Positions 1 through 8,903 of a stretch of 64,000 nucleotides of DNA are shown one piece after another. This stretch comes from Candidatus Thorarchaeota archaeon (GTDB lineage Archaea; Asgardarchaeota; Thorarchaeia; Thorarchaeales; Thorarchaeaceae), in the NCBI GenBank assembly GCA_030612005.1, contig JAUWOU010000002.1:915-64914 (forward strand), read 5' to 3'. A program made the position numbers and the translations under genes. Below the pieces are notes generated by a model. It had not been told where the DNA came from. It did not search any database and was given only the letters and a program-made list of their open reading frames with translations. Position 1 is the first letter of the stretch. Every line of letters starts with the position of its first letter.

Positions 1-72
1 ACGATACCTTGGGATCTTGACGGAAATGGTTGGCTCAATGGCGCCGACTTCATCTGCTACTTTGTTATCCAC

Positions 73-1281
73 GTGGACGGACTTGGCATCTATGAAAACA
101 TTACAATTGAAACACCAGTGACTGTACTTCAACCTCTTGAGGTCAATCTGCAAGTCCCCTCTCTAACTTATAGTGATCAATCTACACTCAACCTTCAACT
201 GTATCCTCTATATGATTCCTCATTCACGGAGGGTCTAGACCTCACAATTACGCTCTATGTTTCAAATGACAACACTACTTGGGTGTCCATTGGTGAGTTC
301 ATCACTACTACTTCAGGCTGGCAAAGTATAGACTGGACCTGCACAGACTCAGGCATGCTCTTCTTCAAGGTCGAAGCAGTGAGTACTGAACTTTACACTG
401 AGAGTATCGGCTATGCGAACTCAGCGGCAATGAAGGAAATAACAGTATTGACAATAGAAGGTGTTGGAAACTTCATATATAGTGATCAAGGTGTACTTGT
501 AGCCCTGCTTTCAACTGATGATGGTGAACCCCTTTCTGACTACTCTGTATACCTAGAGATAATGGATGGGACATGGGTAAGCATAGGTTCAGGCCTTACA
601 AACGAGTCTGGTCATGTAAGTATCCTCTGGACACCCATGCTTTCAGCTGGTACTTATTCTATACAGATACGCATGTCACTTGCTGGTTCACAGTACTACC
701 TCACACCGGATAATGCAGTGGGAATAATTACAGTAGGTAAGGAATCCACTGTGGTTAGTATTGATTCTGCAACAGCAGCTCAAGGGTATGTACGTACAAG
801 AGTCACTGACGATGATGGTAATCCTATTGTCAGTATTCAAGTTCATTTCTATGTTGGTAGTAATCATGAATACCGAGGGTCTGGAATCACTGATAATGAT
901 GGATATACGCGTTTGAATATCACTTTGAACAATGATGAAACATTGGAAGCTGTAGTCAATGAGGATGACTTCTACTATGGTTCTATTGAACAGGTTACAG
1001 TTGCATTACCACTCGATCTTATGTTCATTATCTCTATATTGAGCGCTATCTGTCTCGTTGTAACTCCAATAGCTGTAGGTCGAAAAGTCATTCGTGGAAG
1101 AAGAGCATCAAGTCCACCATCTGTATCACCCGAGGTCAGTAAAGCATTGGAAGCGGAACGTGATAGTATTCCAGAAAGAGTTCGTGAGCATTCTGAAAAA
1201 CGGCTTGCTGAACTTGATGGTATAGGAATAGATAGCGGAGAAACCACCGAAACTCTATCAATTGATGATGACAGTACATGA
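73..1281 (+). CDS. Cell-surface protein with beta-sandwich (Ig/carboxypeptidase-regulatory-like) repeats and a C-terminal TM anchor followed by a charged cytoplasmic tail. The true start may lie upstream of the window.
   Basis: The protein is Thr/Ser/Val-rich with a repetitive beta-strand pattern (e.g. GTYSIQIRM, VRTRVTDDDGNPI). A hydrophobic helix (LMFIISILSAICLVVTPIAV) is followed by RKVIRGRR. No specific family was recognised. Confidence 0.45.
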   Translation: MDGLGIYENITIETPVTVLQPLEVNLQVPSLTYSDQSTLNLQLYPLYDSSFTEGLDLTITLYVSNDNTTWVSIGEFITTTSGWQSIDWTCTDSGMLFFKVEAVSTELYTESIGYANSAAMKEITVLTIEGVGNFIYSDQGVLVALLSTDDGEPLSDYSVYLEIMDGTWVSIGSGLTNESGHVSILWTPMLSAGTYSIQIRMSLAGSQYYLTPDNAVGIITVGKESTVVSIDSATAAQGYVRTRVTDDDGNPIVSIQVHFYVGSNHEYRGSGITDNDGYTRLNITLNNDETLEAVVNEDDFYYGSIEQVTVALPLDLMFIISILSAICLVVTPIAVGRKVIRGRRASSPPSVSPEVSKALEAERDSIPERVREHSEKRLAELDGIGIDSGETTETLSIDDDST

Positions 1282-1317
1282 GGGAGAAACATGTCGATTG
1301 ATAAACGGAGAGAATGA

Positions 1318-2445
1318 ATGATGTGGGACTCTTGGGATGTCACAACCTACACTGGCTTGAACCTTGATGAAGAAGAGGCTGATAGAATCTACATGATGAG
1401 TCCAGAAGAACTCCTCAGAGAGGCCAATGACCTTCAAGTTAGACCTCGAAAGAAACGAGTCGCTTCAATTGCATTTCTCCACTATGCACGACGGTGTATG
1501 GAGATTGAGAGATGGCACTATGTGGAAGACGCCCTCAAGACAGCAACCACACTAGATTCAAAGAACGGCGCAGCTTGGTTCCATCGAGGTATGGTCCTGA
1601 TGAGGGAACATGCATATCATAACGCTAGTCGAGCCTTCAAGAAGGTTTGCAAACTACAACCACAAGTTATTGATCACTGGGCTGAGGCCGGTGCTGCGTA
1701 TTATCATCTTAAGCAGTGGGATGACAGTAGGGAGGCTCTTGAGCAGGCTCTGGTGATCAAGCGTACTCCTCGTGTGCTACAATTCTTGGGACTGACTCTT
1801 TTCGAACTCGGACAGGAGAATGAGGGACTGACCTTGTTGCAAGAGGCATACACACTTGCTCCTGATGATAGAGGAATACTGTTCACACTGGGCATCATTC
1901 TCTTCCGACTTGATAAGACTCCGGAGGCTTTACCACTCCTTCAACAATCTGTAGATCAACCGAAGAAACAAAATAAGACAGAGAAACGAAGGGTTCGTGA
2001 TGCACTTGATATAGGAAGGAGTGATTTTGGGTCTTGGCTTGTTCTTGCGGATGTCTTTGAGCGTCTTGACCGGCGCTGGGAAACCATCATGATTTTTGAG
2101 ATGGCAACAAGGGTCATGCCCAAGAATGCTCAGGCGTGGTACGAGCTATCGCAAGTTCACACTGATTACGACCTTTACGAGGATGCAGTCCATCAAGCCT
2201 ATGAATTGGATAAAACAGATCCAGATATTCTCTGTGAACAGGGACAACTATTCTTTGATGCAGGGCTTAAGAAATATGCACTAGACATGTATCTAGAGGC
2301 AGTTGCTTGTGACCCAAAGCACGAGTTCGCTTTGGGACGAATTGATGAGATCGAGGAGGAATTCGAGGAACTTGAACGTTATGGACATGCCCCATATCTT
2401 GGAGAGTATGGTTACAATGCAGCGTATGATGACTACTATGACTAG
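1318..2445 (+). CDS. TPR-repeat protein
   Basis: Repeated 34-residue TPR-like units with the W/Y-x-G-x-A-Y pattern (AWFHRGMVLMREHAYHNASRAFKKV; HWAEAGAAYYHLKQWDDSREALEQAL; AWYELSQVHTDY). Confidence 0.6.
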   Translation: MMWDSWDVTTYTGLNLDEEEADRIYMMSPEELLREANDLQVRPRKKRVASIAFLHYARRCMEIERWHYVEDALKTATTLDSKNGAAWFHRGMVLMREHAYHNASRAFKKVCKLQPQVIDHWAEAGAAYYHLKQWDDSREALEQALVIKRTPRVLQFLGLTLFELGQENEGLTLLQEAYTLAPDDRGILFTLGIILFRLDKTPEALPLLQQSVDQPKKQNKTEKRRVRDALDIGRSDFGSWLVLADVFERLDRRWETIMIFEMATRVMPKNAQAWYELSQVHTDYDLYEDAVHQAYELDKTDPDILCEQGQLFFDAGLKKYALDMYLEAVACDPKHEFALGRIDEIEEEFEELERYGHAPYLGEYGYNAAYDDYYD

Positions 2446-2450
2446 GAGGA

Positions 2451-3389
2451 TTGGAGATTACAACATTCATAGACCTTGGAGCTGAAGACTATCTTCGTCT
2501 TATGAGAGATTCCTTGGACGAAGAAGTATTCAATAATCCAGATAATCAGGTCATCATCAATGATTTCGCCAACCAGAATCTTGTTCAGGCTGAGATTGAT
2601 TGTATGCTCAGGATCCAAGAGGACGAGAATGACAGTCTTGTGTGGGCGTTTTTTGGATTGTTCATGATGTTGCGTACAGATACATTTACAGCGGGACCTG
2701 CATTAGAGAAGGCAGTTGCTTCTGACCCTAAGAACATCTTTGCATTGAACCTCTTGGGAGACTTCCTGTGTAGAAACGGAGATTCTAAGAGAGGAGAGGG
2801 CTTCTACTGGCGCTCACTTCAATTGAAAAAGAAACAAGTCCATCCTTTCAAGATGCTCTACTATCAGTTCATGTTTCGAAAAGAGTATGAGAGAGCACTC
2901 AGGATGATGCAGGCAGTCCTTCTCATCGAACCAAATGATGGTAGAGCTTGGGCAAGTATTGAGTATACGATTCGAAAGATGGAATCCGATGCCTTTGCTG
3001 AAACAATCATGCTAACTCTGACCAAACATTTACCAAAACAGTATCGTGCTTGGTATATCTACGGTAGTCTTCTCCATAGGACTAAGAAGTACAATGAGGC
3101 TGAGAAAGTCGCACGTCAGTCGATTGAATTGAGAGATGACCATGCTGGATCTTGGTCACTGCTTGGAACTGTACTCACCGATCAAGGTAAGGTTGAGGAA
3201 GCAATCGAATGCTATCTCTGGGCTGTGAAGATCGAACCAATGAACATGGAGCTGTGGTTCCTCCTTAGTTTGCTCTTTCTCAAGAATGGAGATGAGAGTG
3301 AGTGGAAACGTGCATTAGATGTGGTTGTGTCTATAAATCCAGAAAAAGCAAGGGCATTACTGGAGAATCTTGAAGGGAAAGAGAAGTAG
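2451..3389 (+). CDS. TPR-repeat protein, adjacent paralog-like partner of the previous gene
   Basis: TPR-like helices (ALNLLGDFLCRNGDSKRGEGFYWRSLQL; AWYIYGSLLHRTKKYNEAEKVARQSIEL; SWSLLGTVLTDQGKVEEAIECYLWAVKIEP). Starts 6 nt after the previous stop. Confidence 0.6.
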   Translation: MEITTFIDLGAEDYLRLMRDSLDEEVFNNPDNQVIINDFANQNLVQAEIDCMLRIQEDENDSLVWAFFGLFMMLRTDTFTAGPALEKAVASDPKNIFALNLLGDFLCRNGDSKRGEGFYWRSLQLKKKQVHPFKMLYYQFMFRKEYERALRMMQAVLLIEPNDGRAWASIEYTIRKMESDAFAETIMLTLTKHLPKQYRAWYIYGSLLHRTKKYNEAEKVARQSIELRDDHAGSWSLLGTVLTDQGKVEEAIECYLWAVKIEPMNMELWFLLSLLFLKNGDESEWKRALDVVVSINPEKARALLENLEGKEK

Positions 3390-3522
3390 TATCTCAGTAC
3401 TATCGTCTTACACATCATATCCAAGAGAGTATGTACAGATGGGGATTGAAAAGGACGTATGAATCGAAATGAAGGAGAGATTTAAATCATAGAACCTGCT
3501 TGACAACAAAGAGGGAGATTTC

Positions 3523-4095
3523 TTGAGCATCTTTGATGACCGTCAGTCAATGATTGAGGTTTGGAAACAACTTCGTGAAGAGATGAGACAGCATGAGGAA
3601 GATACATTGAATGCAGCTGAACGTATCAATAATCTGAGCGTTGCTATTCTACCCGTGTATTTTGTTGGGTTGGGTCTTATATTCTCAATGCTAACAGGAA
3701 TGATACAAACGATGTTTTTGTTCAGTCTCGGATTCTTCCCTCTCATTCTTGTTGCTCTAGCAATCATGGGGAAAAGGTCCCTTCGGAGGAAATACCGCAC
3801 CAGGATATACCATTTTACACAAATACGGAAGGTTGAGATGATGTTAGGACTACATGAGTCAATTTCTGGTCGACTTGAAGGGCAACCATTCCATAAGGAC
3901 ATAACTTTGTTTTCTCCTCTATATATCCCAAAAATGGAATCGTCATGGGAATTCGCGGAGAAAGTTCTTTCTGGAGAGTTCGAGAGTGAGATTTTCCCTG
4001 AAATATCCGGAGGTTATTCGGTATTCATCGTCTTCGGATCAATTCTGACAATTGTAAATTTCATTATATGGGGAATTCTGTTTCTTTCCCTCTAG
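3523..4095 (+). CDS. Hypothetical membrane protein with 4 predicted TM helices
   Basis: Hydrophobic segments (AILPVYFVGLGLIFSMLTGMIQTMFLFSLGFFPLILVALAIM; FIVFGSILTIVNFIIWGILFLSL). No recognisable family. Confidence 0.4.
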   Translation: MSIFDDRQSMIEVWKQLREEMRQHEEDTLNAAERINNLSVAILPVYFVGLGLIFSMLTGMIQTMFLFSLGFFPLILVALAIMGKRSLRRKYRTRIYHFTQIRKVEMMLGLHESISGRLEGQPFHKDITLFSPLYIPKMESSWEFAEKVLSGEFESEIFPEISGGYSVFIVFGSILTIVNFIIWGILFLSL

Positions 4096-4304
4096 TCTAT
4101 TCCTATTGATGGATATTGAAAAGGACCTATTTTCCAATAATTATCAAAATAGTTAGCCATTGGGAAATTACAGAAATACCCCCGTACAGTACCACTAAAT
4201 GATAAATAGAGCATTTGAAACCCAAATATTGCAGAACTAATATTGGAGTTCATCAAGTCGTGAGTAAGAGCAGTCTATTACCAGAGAAAAGGTGAAAGTA
4301 ACAA

Positions 4305-4823
4305 ATGAATAACCGAAAACTATTGCTTGTAACAATCTTAGCAATCTTGGTAGTAATGCCAATAATGAATGTAGCAGCATATGAAGGATTACCAACAATT
4401 TTGTTGGATGCACCTGAAACTGTTTACGCAGGAGAAACTTTCACACTGGACATAGAACTAGGTTGTGATATTGGAATGTCTTCATACAAAGTTACCTACT
4501 ACTGGGATAGTGAGGAAATAGTTCTTGTTGATGATTTTCCTCTTGCAGGTGTAACGTGGTATTCTAAATCTATTGACTTGACACTGACTCCTCCTTGGTA
4601 TTATACTAACGACGATGGTGTATCATATTACGCTCCACGATTCTTTGTGACGTGCAATGACACAGAAGAAAGGATGGTAGGAGAAAACATTATGGTGAAA
4701 ATTCTAAAGCCCGTTGAGGATACTTCGTTCTTAGGACTTCTGGGAATATTGGGAATCGTAGCCGTTGGAGCGATTATTGTCACTGTTGTAATTCTAAAGA
4801 AAAGAATGAATGGGAATATCTAG
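4305..4823 (+). CDS. Secreted or surface protein with an N-terminal signal peptide and a C-terminal TM anchor ending in a KKR tail
   Basis: N-terminus MNNRKLLLVTILAILVVMPIMNVAAYE and C-terminus LLGILGIVAVGAIIVTVVILKKRMNGNI. An AT-rich promoter-like region lies upstream (4096-4304). Confidence 0.45.
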   Translation: MNNRKLLLVTILAILVVMPIMNVAAYEGLPTILLDAPETVYAGETFTLDIELGCDIGMSSYKVTYYWDSEEIVLVDDFPLAGVTWYSKSIDLTLTPPWYYTNDDGVSYYAPRFFVTCNDTEERMVGENIMVKILKPVEDTSFLGLLGILGIVAVGAIIVTVVILKKRMNGNI

Positions 4824-4831
4824 AATCCCCG

Positions 4832-5032
4832 TTAGGGGGTAAAGCGCATCTTCATCCACTCATCCAACTCCTGTAATGATCGAAAACTCACCTTCACACT
4901 GGACTCCTGACTGTGCTCATAGACCTCAACCCTTGCACCATTGCGCTCTTTCTCTGAAAGACTGTCCACAAGGACAAGAGCCTGACGTATCTCTTCCCAC
5001 CCAGTGAGGGTCTTTCCCATCCACTGACTCAA
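4832..5032 (-). CDS. Small hypothetical protein (66 aa), last ORF of the HEPN/KaiC-like operon
   Basis: ORF starts 25 bp downstream of the HEPN gene stop on the same strand. No family recognised; it could be spurious. Confidence 0.25.
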   Translation of the reverse strand: MSQWMGKTLTGWEEIRQALVLVDSLSEKERNGARVEVYEHSQESSVKVSFRSLQELDEWMKMRFTP

Positions 5033-5057
5033 CGTAGTATCTATAATGAAAGGCGTA

Positions 5058-6506
5058 TTAAGAGCAGTGTATGAATTCTTTGTAACGACCTACTGCTTTC
5101 TCTAAACGCTTCTTTGTTACCTTAAGATTTTCAATCTGCATAGATGATTTGCCTAGATCATTGAGCAAATTATTCTCGTCTTCAGGTGTTTTGCAGTCTG
5201 AATCCAATAACATCAGAATCGATAATCGTAGACTCTCTAATAATTTCGGGGATAGTTCAGATGCTTTATCTTCATCTACCTCATTGCCATGAACAAAATC
5301 ATTCCGAATTTTATACCCCTCATAGACATTACTAAAAACTTCAGATCGATTACACCCTAAACATTCCAATAAAATAGCAACTCTTGTTGAGAGCGTAAAA
5401 CGTAGCTCAGGAGACTCTCTTTGAAGAATGGTTTCCAACCCGATTATGGAAAATAATATGGATTCAAGAGTAGGCCGTTGTGATGCTTCATTAAGCATTT
5501 TAAGTGCTCTCGCTACTCTCATGAGATTTTTTTCCTTTTTCATTCTAGTAATATACTCAGGATAGGAGGAGTTTCTAACAAGATCGTAAACCTGTAGATG
5601 TTCTTCTTTGAAATATGAGTAATCATAGACACCAAGTTTCAAAAGAAATCGTTCAACAGGTAATCGATTGTCTATAGATGAACTATATAGTACATGATCT
5701 GTTTCAGCAAACCAAGAGGAATATTTCCACTTTCCTCCTACTGCTAGTCTTAGAATCTCTATCTCTTTCTCTATCATACTGACTATTTTCTGATAATTAT
5801 CATAGAACTTGAAATGATATCCACGAGGAATTCCACTAGCCATAAATTCCAACACAGATGAAACTGCAATTACTGTTGATTCTTTCACCTCAGAAGGAAT
5901 ATTCGGCTGAGTGTTTGGTACACGAGGTACTCTAAAAGTCTTGAAGTCACTAGCCACAGGTAGTCTAATCGTTACTCCGTCTATTGAATATCGAATCTTA
6001 CTGACAAGACCGTTCAAAAATACAATACAACGCCAGTCTGTCGGTACTTGCATAATTTCATCATACGCAGTTTGTATTATTTCTTGTTTCTTTTCTGGAT
6101 GATTTATGAGTCGTTCTAGATAGTGATATGCACCAATTGAGCCATCATCCAGAAAGACACTTCCAACAATCTCTTTCAGTTCTTGAAAGAGAGGCTTAAC
6201 TTCTGTCAGTATCATTAACCTTGCATTTCGACTCAATGATTGTATTTGTTCAGACTGCCCTGGTTTGTATTGTACCGAAACTCCAAATTCGCCACCAGGT
6301 GTGATTGTAGGATGGTAGACCAAATATAGTTCAGTCCTTTTTTCTTCATCAGGAATCGATTTTATCATTGAAACAACTGATTCTGCAAATTCTTCAAGCA
6401 CAGATTTTGCTTCTTTGGGTGAATGTCTGTCTGATTTCATTACATTTCCCTCCATAATCAGAATATTCATTTTTACACTAATCAATGTTGATGAAAACAC
6501 TACCAC
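5058..6506 (-). CDS. Large protein with a C-terminal HEPN-like domain (Rx4H motif). The true start is probably an internal Met near 6440 (MKSDRHSPKEAK).
   Basis: C-terminal region ...LSTRVAILLECLG...YEGYKIRNDFVHGNEV... carries the R-x4-H signature of HEPN RNase domains in an alpha-helical context. The motif is encoded at about 5281-5320. The N-terminal 350 aa have no recognisable family. Confidence 0.55.
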   Translation of the reverse strand: MVVFSSTLISVKMNILIMEGNVMKSDRHSPKEAKSVLEEFAESVVSMIKSIPDEEKRTELYLVYHPTITPGGEFGVSVQYKPGQSEQIQSLSRNARLMILTEVKPLFQELKEIVGSVFLDDGSIGAYHYLERLINHPEKKQEIIQTAYDEIMQVPTDWRCIVFLNGLVSKIRYSIDGVTIRLPVASDFKTFRVPRVPNTQPNIPSEVKESTVIAVSSVLEFMASGIPRGYHFKFYDNYQKIVSMIEKEIEILRLAVGGKWKYSSWFAETDHVLYSSSIDNRLPVERFLLKLGVYDYSYFKEEHLQVYDLVRNSSYPEYITRMKKEKNLMRVARALKMLNEASQRPTLESILFSIIGLETILQRESPELRFTLSTRVAILLECLGCNRSEVFSNVYEGYKIRNDFVHGNEVDEDKASELSPKLLESLRLSILMLLDSDCKTPEDENNLLNDLGKSSMQIENLKVTKKRLEKAVGRYKEFIHCS

Positions 6507-6575
6507 TCGATTTCAGATATTGAAGGTGGCGAACACACAATTAATCCCAACCCCTCCATAAAGCAACGATATCTC

Positions 6576-7307
6576 TCACACCTTGAGTCCAATACCCTTG
6601 ACTGTAATCTCGTAGGGAATCACATCCATCGAGTGCATGGTCTCTCGCATTTTGACAATACGAAGTTTCCTACTTACAGTCATATCCTTTTCATCATAAC
6701 CTAATCTGATTACTCCATGTGACGCATAGCGTTCTACTCCTACTCCTGCCTGATCTAACTCTGAAGTAAGAATAGTTGTTAGGGAGAGACGAGTAAGGAC
6801 TGCGGTTAGACTGAGAACACCATTTCTTCGCTCGGTTCCTTCCATTCCATCAAGAAGTGCTGAAACTGGATCAATCACTAAACGCTGTGCATTTATCTCT
6901 TCTTTAGCTTCGGTTATTAATCGGGTCACTTCTTCAATACTGAACTTGCCTATTGGTACAGCAAGCTCAAGATTGGGTTTTAGTCCAAGTCGACCAGAAA
7001 ATGCATCGATGATTTTGAGTTGTTTAAGATCCATTAATCGTTGAAGATTCCATCCAAAGGCAGAGGCCTCTCTCATCACATCAGTCGGACTCTCATCTAG
7101 ACATACAAGAATTGCTGGTTCAGGGTCTTTTGGATTCTCAAGAATTCCAGCAATGAGAAAGTGTAATGATAGTATTGTCTTACCTGTTCCTGGAAGTCCT
7201 TCAACAAGAGTTGTGCGTCCTCTTGGAAATCCCCCTAATAACATCTCATTCAATTCTTTGATTCCGGTGCTACATCTATCCGTCTGTTTCAATGGTTTCA
7301 CCTTCAT
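6576..7307 (-). CDS. KaiC-like / RadA-like single-domain RecA-superfamily ATPase
   Basis: N-terminus GIKELNEMLLGGFPRGRTTLVEGLPGTGKTILSLHFL carries Walker A GLPGTGKT. Walker B-like ILVCLDE. About 240 aa, typical of archaeal KaiC-like proteins. Confidence 0.8.
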   Translation of the reverse strand: MKVKPLKQTDRCSTGIKELNEMLLGGFPRGRTTLVEGLPGTGKTILSLHFLIAGILENPKDPEPAILVCLDESPTDVMREASAFGWNLQRLMDLKQLKIIDAFSGRLGLKPNLELAVPIGKFSIEEVTRLITEAKEEINAQRLVIDPVSALLDGMEGTERRNGVLSLTAVLTRLSLTTILTSELDQAGVGVERYASHGVIRLGYDEKDMTVSRKLRIVKMRETMHSMDVIPYEITVKGIGLKV

Positions 7308-7893
7308 TTGTTATAGTTGGGTGTTTGAGTAAGTGCCACTTATGACTGAACTTTCCATTGTCTGATTCTCTTGTAACGTCAATGTAGTTGGTGGCAATAT
7401 ACTTCAGAGTAGCAAGACCTCGGTCAGAATGTACTCCCTTTGCTACAAATGCCAAAAATCGAACCTTTGAGAAGTCCTTAGCAATAATACGTAAACATCG
7501 ACTGATCTCTTCATCTGTAACCCCTTGGGCTACCATATCAGAAGGAGACCACCACAACCACCATGATGCTTTGATTGACTCAGCTAGCTTTCCTAGGCGA
7601 TTAAGAACTCCTTTTGTATCTGCAGGATTCTCTAAAAAGTTTTCACTATCATAATCACTCACACGTTGGCGAAGTGAATCTCGCGCAGTGGGTTCATGCC
7701 TAGTGGCGTCAATGAGAGTTGTGTTTTCTATATCAGTGTCTATTGGTTTGGAGTGGATAATGGCTTGAGAATCTTCCCCGATATCATCACGTATTTGCTT
7801 TAGCACCACATACTCTGCTTCAATTGGAAAACTGATGATACTTAGGCCACTGGTTCCAAACCATTTGTTCAATGGGATTGTAGTAATCTTCAA
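7276..7893 (-). CDS. Hypothetical protein (205 aa), translationally coupled between the HTH regulator and the KaiC-like ATPase
   Basis: Overlaps the upstream gene by 4 nt (7890-7893) and the downstream gene by 32 nt. No family recognised. Confidence 0.5.
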   Translation of the reverse strand: MKITTIPLNKWFGTSGLSIISFPIEAEYVVLKQIRDDIGEDSQAIIHSKPIDTDIENTTLIDATRHEPTARDSLRQRVSDYDSENFLENPADTKGVLNRLGKLAESIKASWWLWWSPSDMVAQGVTDEEISRCLRIIAKDFSKVRFLAFVAKGVHSDRGLATLKYIATNYIDVTRESDNGKFSHKWHLLKHPTITNEGETIETDG

Positions 7894-8435
7894 CTCCTCC
7901 TTCCTGTTTCTGTAGAAATAGTCGATTCGGAATCATCTATTGATGAAGATTGGCTATACATAGGAATACCATGGACCTGATCAAGAAGATGGGCAGTGAC
8001 AGAATCCCTTGCCATGTTTTGTTTACGAGAAATGGTAGTCTTCAATGTGTCAATATCTGTTGTCATTGTGATACAGTTTACCTGTAGCTCGTTCTGAATT
8101 TGATACACATAGACTGTTAGAGGTACATGTCCAACACCAGTCTTGAGAAAATCTATGAGGCCCTTGATGGTTGATTCCAATTCAGTCTGAAACTGGTATA
8201 GATTCGAATCAATGAGCACTTGAACTAGATATGGTTTCCCGAATATTGAAGGAATAACCTCGGGGATATATCCCAACACAAGACCATCCTCTTCCAACTT
8301 CCTGGTACGATACAGGGCTGTAGATTTGGGGATGTCCAATGCACGACCTAATGCAGCTGGACTACTTTTCACGGAGTTTCGCAATGAGAGAAGTGTAGCT
8401 GTCCAATCACCAATTGTCTTCTTCTGTTGACCCAA
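7890..8435 (-). CDS. Lrp/AsnC-like winged-HTH transcriptional regulator, first gene of the operon
   Basis: SPAALGRALDIPKSTALYRTRKLEEDGLVLGYIPEV matches the AsnC-type HTH pattern (LA..vGlS.st...Rv.rLee.GvI.gY). It is followed by a YLVQVLID region resembling a RAM-like domain. Confidence 0.6.
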   Translation of the reverse strand: MGQQKKTIGDWTATLLSLRNSVKSSPAALGRALDIPKSTALYRTRKLEEDGLVLGYIPEVIPSIFGKPYLVQVLIDSNLYQFQTELESTIKGLIDFLKTGVGHVPLTVYVYQIQNELQVNCITMTTDIDTLKTTISRKQNMARDSVTAHLLDQVHGIPMYSQSSSIDDSESTISTETGRRS

Positions 8436-8450
8436 TTTGAACCCTCAATA

Positions 8451-8518
8451 TTGTCCATTGTTCAATTCCATATAAACTCAGTTGTCCATTGTTCAACTCG
8501 AATTGTCCATTGTTCCAA
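8451..8518. promoter_or_regulatory. Three direct repeats TTGTCCATTGTTCAA (8451-8465, 8482-8496, 8504-8518; the third is TTGTCCATTGTTCCA) bracketing a TATAAA element (8471-8476), in the divergent intergenic region between the HTH-regulator operon (-) and the membrane-protein gene at 8575 (+)
   Basis: The repeats are exact 15-mers read directly from the sequence. The TATA is about 36-41 bp upstream of the ATG at 8435. This is a likely operator for the adjacent Lrp-like regulator. Confidence 0.5.
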
Positions 8519-8574
8519 AATGCTTGGGTTAATGGTTAAGTAAACTATCGGCAAGTTCTTTCTTGTGATATAAA

Positions 8575-8889
8575 ATGTCGTTTGATATCGTAAACTTCCT
8601 GTTAGGCCCAGCAGAAATCCTAACACAGGGAATGGTGGGTCTCATCTTGGGACTCGGAATGAATGCTATGCAGATCTGGTTGATGTACGAGATTGTTGTT
8701 CTTGTCCCTCCACGGTCTAAGAATCTGATCGATGCTATGGACATGGAACTCAGTCAGACTCAATACTTCAGTGGGATGAAGTATCGAATATACTCTGCAT
8801 TGTTTCAGGTCTTTTTACCACTAGTGCTGATCTGTGTATGCTACCTATCATTCTGCCTGTTCACTGACGTTGTTACATCCCTGTTCTAG
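8575..8889 (+). CDS. Small membrane protein with 2 TM helices
   Basis: GMVGLILGLGMNAMQIWLMYEIVVLV and VFLPLVLICVCYLSFCLF. Size and topology resemble CedA1/CedA2-type small proteins, but similarity cannot be tested here. Confidence 0.4.
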   Translation: MSFDIVNFLLGPAEILTQGMVGLILGLGMNAMQIWLMYEIVVLVPPRSKNLIDAMDMELSQTQYFSGMKYRIYSALFQVFLPLVLICVCYLSFCLFTDVVTSLF

Positions 8890-8903
8890 AACATCTGAGG
8901 TGA

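Noticed and set aside
975-1343. Antisense or overlapping ORFs nested in longer genes (975..1343, 1704..1898, 7388..7654, 10688..10948, 10771..11229, 36488..36706, 37607..37873, 43664..43897 and similar)
   Set aside because: These are shadow ORFs wholly inside CDSs that have strong family-level motif support on the other strand or frame. They show no motifs themselves.
8451-8518. Possible CRISPR array, suggested by the short direct repeats
   Set aside because: There are only three 15-bp repeats with unequal 31 and 22 bp spacers. They sit in a promoter around a TATA box, and no cas genes are nearby. They fit operator sites rather than CRISPR.
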